Shown here: positions 1 to 8,053 of the stretch, piece after piece | Position numbering within the stretch: position 1 is the stretch's first letter | How the letters are laid out: every line of letters begins with the position of its first letter | Assembly (NCBI GenBank): GCA_004284765.1 | Contig: NQJD01000029.1 | Span: 1,387 to 33,386 of the forward strand | Reading direction: 5' to 3' | DNA length: 32,000 nt | Source: Candidatus Electronema aureum | Lineage (GTDB): Bacteria; Desulfobacterota; Desulfobulbia; Desulfobulbales; Desulfobulbaceae | Notes under the pieces: generated by a model | What the model saw: the letters and a program-made list of their open reading frames with translations, nothing else | Told to the model about the DNA's origin: nothing | The model's database searches: none | Made by a program: the position numbers and the translations under genes

Positions 1-160
1 AAGCAACGTTTTGGAAAAATGCACAGTGTTCCTCCTTTAATAGGGTTTCATTTTGAGTTCGTCCACCAGCCCGCATTGCAAAGCGAGCCACAATCGGCTA
101 TCTTTTCACACCCACAGAAAAAATGCACCAAAAAATTGAAAAGACAGGTGAAGAGAATAA

Positions 161-1246
161 ATGGATCGGAATTTTTATTATGCTCTCGGCAGGCCGCTGT
201 CGCCGCTCTACAGCTTGATCATGCGGCTGCGGGAGCAGTTTTATCTGAACGGGGTGCTGGCCTCAACCGCGCTTGACGTGCCGGTGATCAGCATCGGCAA
301 TCTGACCTTGGGCGGCACCGGCAAGACCCCGCTGGTGCAGCATCTCGCCCGCCTGCTTCAGCGCAACGGTTTCCGGCCCGCGATCATCAGTCGGGGTTAT
401 GGCGGCGCGACCAAGGAGCGGGTCAATATTGTCTCAGACGGCAACAAGGTGCTGTTGGCTGCTTCTTATGTCGGCGATGAACCGCGTATGTTAGCCGAAA
501 CTCTGCCCGGTGTACCAGTGCTGACCGGCGTGGTACGCAAGCTACCTGCGGCCAAGGCAATAGAAATGGGCGCGGATGTCCTGCTCCTCGATGATGGCTT
601 TCAGCATCTTGCTATCCACCGTGATCTTGATTTGGTGCTGTTTAGTGCGGATGAATTAGCAGGTAACTCGCGAGTTTTTCCTGGCGGCGATCTACGTGAA
701 CCGGTGCGTGCTTTGTATCGTGCTCATGCTTTTGTTCTCACCGGCACGGATGAGAGCAATATTGCGCGCGCGGTTGGTTTTAAAACGCTGCTTCAGAAAA
801 AATTTCCCGACAGACCGATCTTTTTCAGCGGCAGCCGAGCAGTTGGGCTGGTGCGGCAGGAGACAGACGGTAGCCGAACACAGGTGCAGCAAAACGAACT
901 GGCAGGCCGCCGCTGTTTAGCTTTTTGCGGTATTGCCCGACCTGACGGTTTCAGAAAAACCCTGACCCAGCTGGCAATCGAACCTACCTCCTTTAAAGCT
1001 CTACCCGATCATCATGCGTACAAAGAGCAGACTGTGCGCCAGCTTGTCCAAACAGCAGAGCAGACTCATGCCGATTGCCTACTTTGCACAGAAAAAGATT
1101 TGGTCAAACTGCGCGGGGTTGCGCTTAAACTACCGCTCTACGGAGTCATCATGCAGGCCGCGCCAGAATCGGGCTTAGATCAATTGGTACTGCATTGTGC
1201 TGCCAGGAAAAATCAGCGGTTGCCGCTGCCGGAGCAGTGTGTCTAA
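161..1246 (+). CDS. lpxK: Tetraacyldisaccharide 4'-kinase (lipid A biosynthesis)
   Basis: 361-aa ORF. The P-loop context VPVISIGNLTLGGTGKTP and the LLLDDGFQH motif are LpxK signatures. It lies directly upstream of lpxC. Confidence 0.9.
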   Translation: MDRNFYYALGRPLSPLYSLIMRLREQFYLNGVLASTALDVPVISIGNLTLGGTGKTPLVQHLARLLQRNGFRPAIISRGYGGATKERVNIVSDGNKVLLAASYVGDEPRMLAETLPGVPVLTGVVRKLPAAKAIEMGADVLLLDDGFQHLAIHRDLDLVLFSADELAGNSRVFPGGDLREPVRALYRAHAFVLTGTDESNIARAVGFKTLLQKKFPDRPIFFSGSRAVGLVRQETDGSRTQVQQNELAGRRCLAFCGIARPDGFRKTLTQLAIEPTSFKALPDHHAYKEQTVRQLVQTAEQTHADCLLCTEKDLVKLRGVALKLPLYGVIMQAAPESGLDQLVLHCAARKNQRLPLPEQCV

Positions 1247-1473
1247 AATCCCACAGATATCGGTACAATTATTTAGTGTGTCTTTTTTGCCACGATTTTT
1301 TACAAAGGAGCATTCTATACTCTGCGTATGCCATCTTTTCTTATCCTCCTGAATCATACTAAAAGTTTTCTTCTTTTTGGTTGAATGCAAAAAACAATTT
1401 TTTGGCCAGATTTTTGCATAAGAAAGTGGTACAAAGAAAGGAAAGAATAAATCCACAAAAGGGCATCATCAGG

Positions 1474-2487
1474 ATGAACCGGCACTCGGTGAAGAACATG
1501 ACAATCAACCTTGACCCGCATCAGCACACGCTTGAGCGTACTGTCAGCTGCTGCGGTATCGGTCTGCATTCCGGCAAACCTGTAAACTTAACCATCAGGC
1601 CAGCAGAAGAACACAGCGGCATCAGTTTCCGCCGCTCTGATCTGGGTAAAAAAAACGCTATTCCCGCACGGATGGAGCAGATTGTTGACACCACCTTAGC
1701 TACTACTCTTGGCAGCGGCAGTGAGCGTATCTCCACCACCGAACACCTGATGGCTGCCCTACACAGCGCGGGTATCGACAACGCTGAAATTGAATTAGAC
1801 GGCCTTGAAGTTCCGATTATGGACGGCAGCGCAGACCCTTTTGTCCAGCTTCTCAGCAGCGGCGGCAAAAAGAAACAACGCGCTCTGCGTAAAGTTATTC
1901 GCATCATCAAGCCGGTTTCCTGTATCTCCGGTGATAAATTTATCCGCATTGAGCCGCACAACGGCTTTAAAATCACCGGCAGCATCAGTTTCGGCACTGA
2001 ATTGATCAATGAGCAAAGCTACACTATTGATCTTAGCCAAGAGCGTTTTGCCCGTGAAATCGCTGGAGCACGCACCTTTGGCTTTGTCGAGCAGGTTGAG
2101 GAGCTGTGGCGCAACGGCCTCGCTCTTGGCTGCACCCTTGAAAATGTCATTGCCATTCACTGGAATCGCCGCAGCGTCCTTAATGAGGAAGGGCTGCGTT
2201 TCGAGGATGAGTTCGTCCGTCACAAAGTGTTGGATTTAATCGGTGACTTAGCCCTGTTGGGTAGTCCGATTCTTGGCCATGTAATCGCCAGCCGCTCCGG
2301 TCATGCCCTGCATCACAGCCTGATGAAAGCCATTGCCGATTCTCCAGACTGCTGGGAATACGTCGAATTTCGCAAGCCGGGTCAGCCCCACGTTATCGCC
2401 CCGGCAAAACCCCGGAAGAAGAGATTGTCTGTTTCTCTTCCGGGTATGTTGTTCCCCGCCGCTGCTCCTGCGCCCTGTCCGGCCTGA
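1474..2487 (+). CDS. lpxC: UDP-3-O-acyl-N-acetylglucosamine deacetylase
   Basis: The ORF-track frame 1381-2487 carries TLERTVSCCGIGLHSGKPVNLTIRPA, TTEHLMAAL, HKVLDLIGDLALLG and SGHALH, all LpxC motifs. The first ~31 residues of the long ORF look non-homologous, so ATG 1474 (or 1498) is preferred. The C-terminal ~40 aa form a P/A/K-rich tail that is not canonical. Confidence 0.9.
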   Translation: MNRHSVKNMTINLDPHQHTLERTVSCCGIGLHSGKPVNLTIRPAEEHSGISFRRSDLGKKNAIPARMEQIVDTTLATTLGSGSERISTTEHLMAALHSAGIDNAEIELDGLEVPIMDGSADPFVQLLSSGGKKKQRALRKVIRIIKPVSCISGDKFIRIEPHNGFKITGSISFGTELINEQSYTIDLSQERFAREIAGARTFGFVEQVEELWRNGLALGCTLENVIAIHWNRRSVLNEEGLRFEDEFVRHKVLDLIGDLALLGSPILGHVIASRSGHALHHSLMKAIADSPDCWEYVEFRKPGQPHVIAPAKPRKKRLSVSLPGMLFPAAAPAPCPA

Positions 2488-2528
2488 GCAGTTCCTGTTC
2501 TGTTGCCACGCTGTTTTTTTCTCTCCTG

Positions 2529-2563
2529 CCCGCTGGCCTTCCGCAGCCAGCGGGTTTCTTTTT
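2529..2563 (+). terminator. Rho-independent terminator candidate after lpxC
   Basis: Perfect 9-bp stem CCCGCTGGC / GCCAGCGGG with an 8-nt loop, followed by TTTCTTTTT. It starts 42 nt after the lpxC stop. Confidence 0.6.
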
Positions 2564-2571
2564 ACCTTTCT

Positions 2572-3327
2572 TCAGGTATTCTCCGTAGTCACCTTGATAA
2601 ACCGCTGCAAAGCCGCCTGAGCCTGCGTCTTCCCAGTTTCAGTCAGCATCAACGCAGATAAGCGGTTTAACTGCTCCTGAGTTGGTGGTTTTTCCTGATA
2701 TTCCTCAGCCATGTTGACGATCAAGTCAGCATCATATAGCACCTTAAAATTGATCGTCTCCTCAGCTCGTGGGGTGTGATGATGGCCAATAATGTCGCAA
2801 ACTTCATCAATCAGCTCTGGCTTGGCTCGGAGTGAATTGAGCAATTCTCGCGCCACTGGCGGCCCCTCGCTGTGCTGATAGCGGGCTGCTGAGGAATTAA
2901 ACTTGCGCTCGGCCTCACGGATGCCGATATCATGGAGATAGGCACAGGCCATGATCACCGACATGTCACCACCCGGCTCTTTTCTGCCGATCTGCTCGGC
3001 TTGCTCGGCCACAGCTTCAGCGTGATGAATACGCCTGCTGTCTTTGCCGAAATACTGGCGCATGGCGGCTGCAACTTTATCTTTGAACATCTCACGTTGC
3101 GCGGCAAGCAGTTCTGGCGAGAGCGAACCCAAGCACTGAGCCGCATGAGGGCAATAGGCAGCGCAGCCAAAATCCATCTTCGGATTAAAAACCTGATTAC
3201 CACAGCTCCGGCACCGCTGGCGACTGTCGTCTTTAAAGAATTCTACTGGCTGGCCACAGCTGGGGCAGCGGCTCTCAAAAACATCATCGCCGCTCCAGTA
3301 GCGGCTGTCTTGTCCAGGACATTGCAT
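2572..3327 (-). CDS. HD-domain metal-dependent phosphohydrolase with N-terminal Cys-rich zinc-ribbon region
   Basis: 251-aa ORF with a GGAGG Shine-Dalgarno 5 nt before ATG 3327. The N-terminus has CPSC-x14-CRSC plus further Cys residues. HD signature: AYLHDIGI ... IIGHHHTP. Confidence 0.75.
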   Translation of the reverse strand: MQCPGQDSRYWSGDDVFESRCPSCGQPVEFFKDDSRQRCRSCGNQVFNPKMDFGCAAYCPHAAQCLGSLSPELLAAQREMFKDKVAAAMRQYFGKDSRRIHHAEAVAEQAEQIGRKEPGGDMSVIMACAYLHDIGIREAERKFNSSAARYQHSEGPPVARELLNSLRAKPELIDEVCDIIGHHHTPRAEETINFKVLYDADLIVNMAEEYQEKPPTQEQLNRLSALMLTETGKTQAQAALQRFIKVTTENT

Positions 3328-3436
3328 GATATCCTCCTTTGGTATATATAAATTTTCACATCACGGCAAACTTATAACAGGGCAAACACGAGGGGCTTCC
3401 TTTTATTTACCCGCCGTCTTCAATATTTAAAATTAC

Positions 3437-3450
3437 TTGACATAGATCAA
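3437..3450. promoter_or_regulatory. CRP/FNR-family (FNR/HcpR-type) operator candidate upstream of hcp
   Basis: TTGACATAGATCAA matches TTGAT-N4-ATCAA at 9 of 10 positions. It is centred about 41.5 nt upstream of a TSS that would be served by a TACAGT -10 hexamer at 3473-3478. It lies in the divergent hcp / HD-gene intergenic region. Confidence 0.45.
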
Positions 3451-3533
3451 GGGAAAGAGGTCTTATTACGGGTACAGTATCGCTATACTCGTGAACCGAT
3501 ACACGCTGCAACTAAAAAATTCAGGGAGGAAAA

Positions 3534-5153
3534 ATGTATTGTAACCAATGCGAACAAACCGCCAAGGGCATCGCCTGTACCACTGCTGGAGTTTGCGGCA
3601 AAAACGGTGAGCTGGCCAATATTGAGGACGTATTAATTTACGCTCTCTGCGGCCTGTCGCTTTTTGCTGATGAAGCCCGAAAGCGCAAAATCGTTGACGC
3701 AGAGTTAGATCGTTTCACCATGAAAGCGGTGTTTTCCACGCTGACCAACGTCAATTTTGATCCAGAACGCTTTGCTGTCTTGATCAGCAAAAGTGTAGAA
3801 CTGCGGGAGGGTTTGAAGGCCAAGCTCGGCAAGATCGACTTTGCTCATCCGGCAGCGTCCTTCACCCCGGCAGACACGGTTGCTGGTCTTGCCGAGCAAG
3901 GCGCGGCCCTCAAGTTCATTGAGAATTTAGATGAGGACGTGAATATCCGTTCACTCAAGCAAACCTTGCTTTATGGTCTGAAAGGTATTGCTGCGTATGC
4001 TGATCACGCTGCCATTCTTGGTCAAGAAGACCCAGCTATTGCGGGCTTCATGTACGAAGCAATGGCTGCATTGCTGGCAGAAGGATTAACCATTACTGAC
4101 TGTGTGCCTGTGGCGATGAAGGCCGGTCAGATCAATCTGCGGGCGATGGAGCTTTTAGACGCAGGCAACACCGGCACGTATGGTCATCCGGTGCCAACTT
4201 CGGTGCCGCTGGGTCACAGGAAAAACAAGTGCATCCTGATCACCGGTCATGATCTGCGCGACCTTGATCTGCTGCTTCAGCAGACTGCTGGCAAAGGCAT
4301 TGACATCTACACCCACGGCGAGATGCTGCCCACGCACGGCTACCCAGAACTGAAGAAACATCCTCACTTCTATGGTCACTTTGGTACGGCTTGGCAGAAT
4401 CAGCACAAGGAGTTCCCGGAATTCCCCGGCCCGGTGCTGTTCACCACCAACTGTATTCAAAAGCCGCGTGAAGACTATAAAGAGCGTATCTTCACCACTG
4501 GCTTAGTTGGCTGGCCCGGCGTAACCCATCTTGAGGGTAAAGATTTCAGCCCGGTGATTGCCAAAGCTTTGGCGATGGACGGCTGGCAGGATGACGCGGA
4601 CAAAGGCAGCGTACTGGTGGGTTTTGCCCGCAACGCCGTGCTCGGTGTGGCAGACAAGGTGATTGAGGCGGTGAAGAACAAACAGATTCGCCACTTTTTC
4701 TTAGTCGGTGGTTGCGACGGAGCCAAGCCGGGCCGTGACTACTTCACCCGCTTTGTTGAGCAGGTGCCTTCAGACTGCGTGGTGCTGACCTTAGCTTGCG
4801 GCAAGTTTCGTTTCTTTGACAAAGACCTCGGCAACATTGGCGGCATTCCGCGCCTCTTGGACGTGGGCCAGTGCAACGATGCTTACTCGGCAATTCAGAT
4901 CGCAACAGCCTTGGCCGGAGCCTTCAACTGCGGCGTGAACGAGCTGCCGCTGTCGATGATTATCTCTTGGTACGAGCAGAAGGCGGCGGCCATCCTCCTC
5001 ACCTTGTTGTATCTTGGCATCAAAGATATTCGCCTTGGGCCGTCTCTGCCAGCCTTTATCAGCCCGGCAGTGCTTGCTTTCTTGGTTGCCACCTTCAATA
5101 TCAAACCAATTGCAGCCACGCCGGAAGAAGACCTGAAAGCGATATTGGGATAG
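3534..5153 (+). CDS. hcp: Hybrid cluster protein (hydroxylamine reductase / NO-stress protein)
   Basis: 539-aa ORF with a GGGAGG SD. The N-terminal Cys-x2-Cys-x8-Cys-x5-Cys cluster (MYCNQCEQTAKGIACTTAGVCGK) is followed by full-length Hcp-like sequence (GHDLRDL, TTNCIQKP, LVGGCDG, DVGQCNDAYSA). Confidence 0.92.
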   Translation: MYCNQCEQTAKGIACTTAGVCGKNGELANIEDVLIYALCGLSLFADEARKRKIVDAELDRFTMKAVFSTLTNVNFDPERFAVLISKSVELREGLKAKLGKIDFAHPAASFTPADTVAGLAEQGAALKFIENLDEDVNIRSLKQTLLYGLKGIAAYADHAAILGQEDPAIAGFMYEAMAALLAEGLTITDCVPVAMKAGQINLRAMELLDAGNTGTYGHPVPTSVPLGHRKNKCILITGHDLRDLDLLLQQTAGKGIDIYTHGEMLPTHGYPELKKHPHFYGHFGTAWQNQHKEFPEFPGPVLFTTNCIQKPREDYKERIFTTGLVGWPGVTHLEGKDFSPVIAKALAMDGWQDDADKGSVLVGFARNAVLGVADKVIEAVKNKQIRHFFLVGGCDGAKPGRDYFTRFVEQVPSDCVVLTLACGKFRFFDKDLGNIGGIPRLLDVGQCNDAYSAIQIATALAGAFNCGVNELPLSMIISWYEQKAAAILLTLLYLGIKDIRLGPSLPAFISPAVLAFLVATFNIKPIAATPEEDLKAILG

Positions 5154-5166
5154 AAGCCCTATCGTG

Positions 5167-5190
5167 AGGGCGAACTACGATGTTCGCCCT
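5167..5190. terminator. Hairpin between convergent hcp and grpE-like genes
   Basis: AGGGCGAAC / GTTCGCCCT 9-bp stem with a 6-nt loop, 14 nt after the hcp stop. It is followed only by a weak T-containing tract (TTCAGTCCTT). Confidence 0.4.
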
Positions 5191-5191
5191 T

Positions 5192-5668
5192 TCAGTCCTT
5201 ATTCCGAACCGTTATCACCTCGGCCTTACGAAGAACCGTGTTCCGCGCTGCGTCAAAGTAGCCGCGTTTCAGCACTGCAAGGATTTCTTCGTTCTCCTGC
5301 TCAGGGACGCTTTGCGTGTCCACTACCACACATTGTTCAACCTTGGCTCGGCGATCAGGGAAATGTAACGGCTCAATTTGGCGAGAACCGAGCAAACGGA
5401 GCAGCTTGCGTTGCACGGCTCTCATGCTGTTGAGCAGACCTTGGCTTGTTTTGTCTAATGCCTCCTGTTTGCGGCGGATATTTTTTTCAATGTTGTCAAA
5501 AACATCCAGCACCTCAAATAACTCGACGAACAGCTCGTGCTCCCGATGCAGACAAAGTTCCTCTTGCTCCTTCACTGACTGCTTCAACTCGACGATTTCT
5601 CGCTGAAAAGACACTAACTTTTCCCGCAGCAGATCACCGGGACTACTTGTCTTCTCTCCTGTTTTCAT
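5192..5668 (-). CDS. GrpE-like nucleotide exchange factor (short form)
   Basis: N-terminal coiled coil ending in ELFEVLDVFDNIEKNI (GrpE ...llpvlDnlerAl region). The C-terminal beta domain carries LKRGYFDAARNTVLRKAEVITV (GrpE GY..-..vlRpA.V.V motif). ATG 5668 is preferred over the ORF-track TTG 5677. The start lies 5 nt after the stop of the upstream J-like ORF. Confidence 0.7.
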   Translation of the reverse strand: MKTGEKTSSPGDLLREKLVSFQREIVELKQSVKEQEELCLHREHELFVELFEVLDVFDNIEKNIRRKQEALDKTSQGLLNSMRAVQRKLLRLLGSRQIEPLHFPDRRAKVEQCVVVDTQSVPEQENEEILAVLKRGYFDAARNTVLRKAEVITVRNKD

Positions 5669-5673
5669 TATGC

Positions 5674-5934
5674 TCAATCAAAAATCTCCAGCCGCTTGAG
5701 AGCATCAGCACTCAGCGGTTTCTCTCCCCTAACCGGCTGTCGCAGCAGTGGTTCAAGATCGGCAAAATAAATGAACGCCAGCACGGGCCGAGCTGATGGG
5801 TCCATCAGCTGTCGCCGAGCTTCGGCAATTTCGTATGCTGAATGCTGCTTTTCCCGTAACGCTAAGGCAGCGGCCTGCATGATTTCTTGTGCCGATGCTT
5901 CTGGGCCGATATTTAGTATTTTAAAGGGATTCAT
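5674..5934 (-). CDS. Small J-domain-like protein lacking the HPD tripeptide
   Basis: 86 aa. NPFKILNIGPEASAQEIMQAAALAL mirrors J-domain helices I-II (d.Y.iLgv...As..eIk.Ay..la). ARRQLMDPSAR mirrors helix III-IV (A...L.Dp.kR). No HPD is present. It overlaps the TPR gene end by 14 nt and is followed by the GrpE-like gene. Confidence 0.45.
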   Translation of the reverse strand: MNPFKILNIGPEASAQEIMQAAALALREKQHSAYEIAEARRQLMDPSARPVLAFIYFADLEPLLRQPVRGEKPLSADALKRLEIFD

Positions 5935-7612
5935 GCCGCGCCTCTATCCGCAATCCATCAAGAACGCGCCTGATCCGCCGTACCGCGCCGTGACTGGAGT
6001 CAACCGAGCTAACGCTGTCTAATAGCTCATTTAGCGTGAAAACCGCTGCTTCCTGATCCGCATAATCGCCCCGCTCAATCCGTGCCGCTACCTGCCGGGC
6101 AGTTTCAAAAAATTGCTCAACTGCCTGTGGAAAACGGCTGGCTGTGGCGATGCGGGCTGCTTCGGCAAAGCAGTCCCGGTCAAAGGCTTCGCCTATCTCA
6201 GTCAGCGCAAGGTCGCGGCGTACTTGGTCAAAAATCATTTGGGCAAAGTCATCGTTGGGATTCAGCGCAACCGCCTTTCTCATTGCAGCGTCGAGCAGTT
6301 TTGGCGATGCTTCCTCGCTGCTGCGCAACCGCACGACCTGATTGGTTAGGGTTGAGCAAAACACAGCACCCGTCTCTGCATTTTCCGGCAGAGTCAGAAT
6401 ACCTAAGCAAGCGGCTAATGCGGTACCGTCCTGATTGTCATCTCGCTCTATTGCCGCGAGTAGCTGTTTCTCCAGCTCTGCTGTCCAATGTGCTGGGCCA
6501 TTAATCAGAATTTGCTCCGCTTTCCGGCACTGACCTCTGTACAGATAATGCAGCCCGCAGGCTGTTCTCACCTGCGCCGCACCCCAAGCGACAAAGGGAT
6601 CATCGATTTCTTCTAATTCCACCAGCGTGTCCATCGCACCGTCGTAATCACCCTCTCTGACCAGCAGGAGAGCCTGTGCCGCTGATGAATAGACTGCGCC
6701 AGCGGCCATCCATTTGCTGCTATCAGCAAAAGCATCCCGGCTCTTTTGAATCAAGATGAAAAGCTGATCAGCAATCTTGGCCTGCAACGCCAGTGCCGGT
6801 GTAAAGATCGGCATTGCGGATAATCGGCTCATCCGTCGCAGCAAGGCAAGTTCCTCCTCCCACTGCCAGAGCAAAGAACCACCGTTGTTTAGTTGCCGTG
6901 CTGCTTGCCTGCGCAGCACGTCCACGCCAAAATCAAGCAGGGCCTGCCGCTGCGGCTCAGACTGTGGCCCAACCTCTGGGTGAAAAAGCAGCGATAGACA
7001 GCAGTTGATGAAATGCCGCGCTTGCGCCGTCGGAATCGTTATGTCTGCTTCCATCATGAGCTGGCAAGCGGCCTTGGCCTGCACGGCCAGCGCGGTAGGC
7101 TGAAGCCAGTCGGTCTCATCAGCCGAAGCAAAGATTTCTTCTATCTGTTCTTCCTGCCAAAGCCGAGCCAAACGCAGGCTGCGACAGCGAGTCAGCAGCC
7201 CGCCACCACTCGGCAGATAAGCCAAGGAAAATTCCTCCAACAGCTGGCGAACTTCAGCTTCCTGTTTCAGTGGATTTTCATCAAGGCGGCAATGCAGTTC
7301 CTCAATCAGCAACAAGCTGACCTGTTCTTTTTGAACAATAAAATCAGGATGAGTGCAGTCAAGCTGCCGCCAGAGCCGCAGGCAAGCAATAGCATCGCCC
7401 AGCTTCACCTGAGCAAAACCGGCATGATAGAGATCAGCGGGAGCGGATAGGTTTGCCTCGGTATAGGCATCTGCCGCCTGCTGCCACTGTCCGGCCAGCA
7501 GAGCATAGCGGGCTATCTGGAGGAATTGGGTCGGATCAGGATAAACCGTGACCTTAGTTCTGCAAAATTTCCTAACCCATGATAGAACAACAGCAAAAAC
7601 CTTGCCTCTCAT
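5921..7612 (-). CDS. Large all-helical TPR-like repeat protein, function unknown
   Basis: 563-aa ORF with an ATG start and a GGAAG purine tract upstream. The composition is A/L/Q/E-rich and repetitive-helical with TPR-like segments (e.g. ARYALLAGQWQQAADAY). No catalytic motif was recognised. Confidence 0.6.
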   Translation of the reverse strand: MRGKVFAVVLSWVRKFCRTKVTVYPDPTQFLQIARYALLAGQWQQAADAYTEANLSAPADLYHAGFAQVKLGDAIACLRLWRQLDCTHPDFIVQKEQVSLLLIEELHCRLDENPLKQEAEVRQLLEEFSLAYLPSGGGLLTRCRSLRLARLWQEEQIEEIFASADETDWLQPTALAVQAKAACQLMMEADITIPTAQARHFINCCLSLLFHPEVGPQSEPQRQALLDFGVDVLRRQAARQLNNGGSLLWQWEEELALLRRMSRLSAMPIFTPALALQAKIADQLFILIQKSRDAFADSSKWMAAGAVYSSAAQALLLVREGDYDGAMDTLVELEEIDDPFVAWGAAQVRTACGLHYLYRGQCRKAEQILINGPAHWTAELEKQLLAAIERDDNQDGTALAACLGILTLPENAETGAVFCSTLTNQVVRLRSSEEASPKLLDAAMRKAVALNPNDDFAQMIFDQVRRDLALTEIGEAFDRDCFAEAARIATASRFPQAVEQFFETARQVAARIERGDYADQEAAVFTLNELLDSVSSVDSSHGAVRRIRRVLDGLRIEARHESL

Positions 7613-7626
7613 TGGGTTGCTTCCAT

Positions 7627-7655
7627 TTGACAGAACGAGATTTTCCTGTCACTAT
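7627..7655 (+). promoter_or_regulatory. Sigma-70 promoter candidate for the hdeA-like gene
   Basis: TTGACA (7627-7632), a 17-nt spacer, then CACTAT (7650-7655). It lies about 55 nt upstream of ATG 7712, which has a GGAGG SD at 7702-7706. Confidence 0.4.
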
Positions 7656-7711
7656 CTTTATACGGTTTAGCCATTTTTCAACATATTCTATCAAACTTCA
7701 CGGAGGATTTT

Positions 7712-8038
7712 ATGCGTAAAACAAAGAAAGCAGCACTCTTAGCCATGCTGCTGTTGTTATCGATAGTTGTCGTGACAGGTGTTCAAGCCGCAGAAAAAGA
7801 GATTAAAAAAGACGAAAAGGTAGATATGGCTACCTACACCTGCGCTGATCTTCTGGCTGAAAACGAAGACGAGGTTGGCATGATTCTATTGTGGGTTGAT
7901 GGCTATTTGAGCGGTAAAACCAACGACACGGTCATCAACATGACCTTTATCGGCGAATTAGCTGAAAACGTCGGGAAAAAATGCGGCGAAAACGGAAAAG
8001 CCAAATTACTCGACGTGGTTAAAGAACTAACGGAATAG
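7712..8038 (+). CDS. HdeA/HdeB-family-like periplasmic protein (signal peptide)
   Basis: 108 aa. The signal peptide is MRKTKKAALLAMLLLLSIVVVTGVQA. The mature part has YTCADLL...LLWVDGYLSG...KKCGENG, i.e. the two-Cys and W.dGy pattern of HdeA-like acid/unfolding chaperones. Strong SD. Confidence 0.55.
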   Translation: MRKTKKAALLAMLLLLSIVVVTGVQAAEKEIKKDEKVDMATYTCADLLAENEDEVGMILLWVDGYLSGKTNDTVINMTFIGELAENVGKKCGENGKAKLLDVVKELTE

Positions 8039-8053
8039 CCCCGAATCGCTAGT

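Noticed and set aside
1-40. Possible start of a divergent minus-strand gene: GGAGG (35-31), 6 nt, then GTG (24-22).
   Set aside because: Only 8 codons are inside the window, so nothing can be identified. The plus-strand ORF 19-276 overlapping here has no SD and no recognisable content and was also dismissed.
1247-1473. AT-rich 227-bp lpxK-lpxC spacer examined for a tRNA, sRNA or a clear promoter.
   Set aside because: No cloverleaf-compatible sequence was found, and no -35/-10 pair with acceptable spacing (the TTTACA...TATACT spacer is only 11 nt). It was left unannotated.
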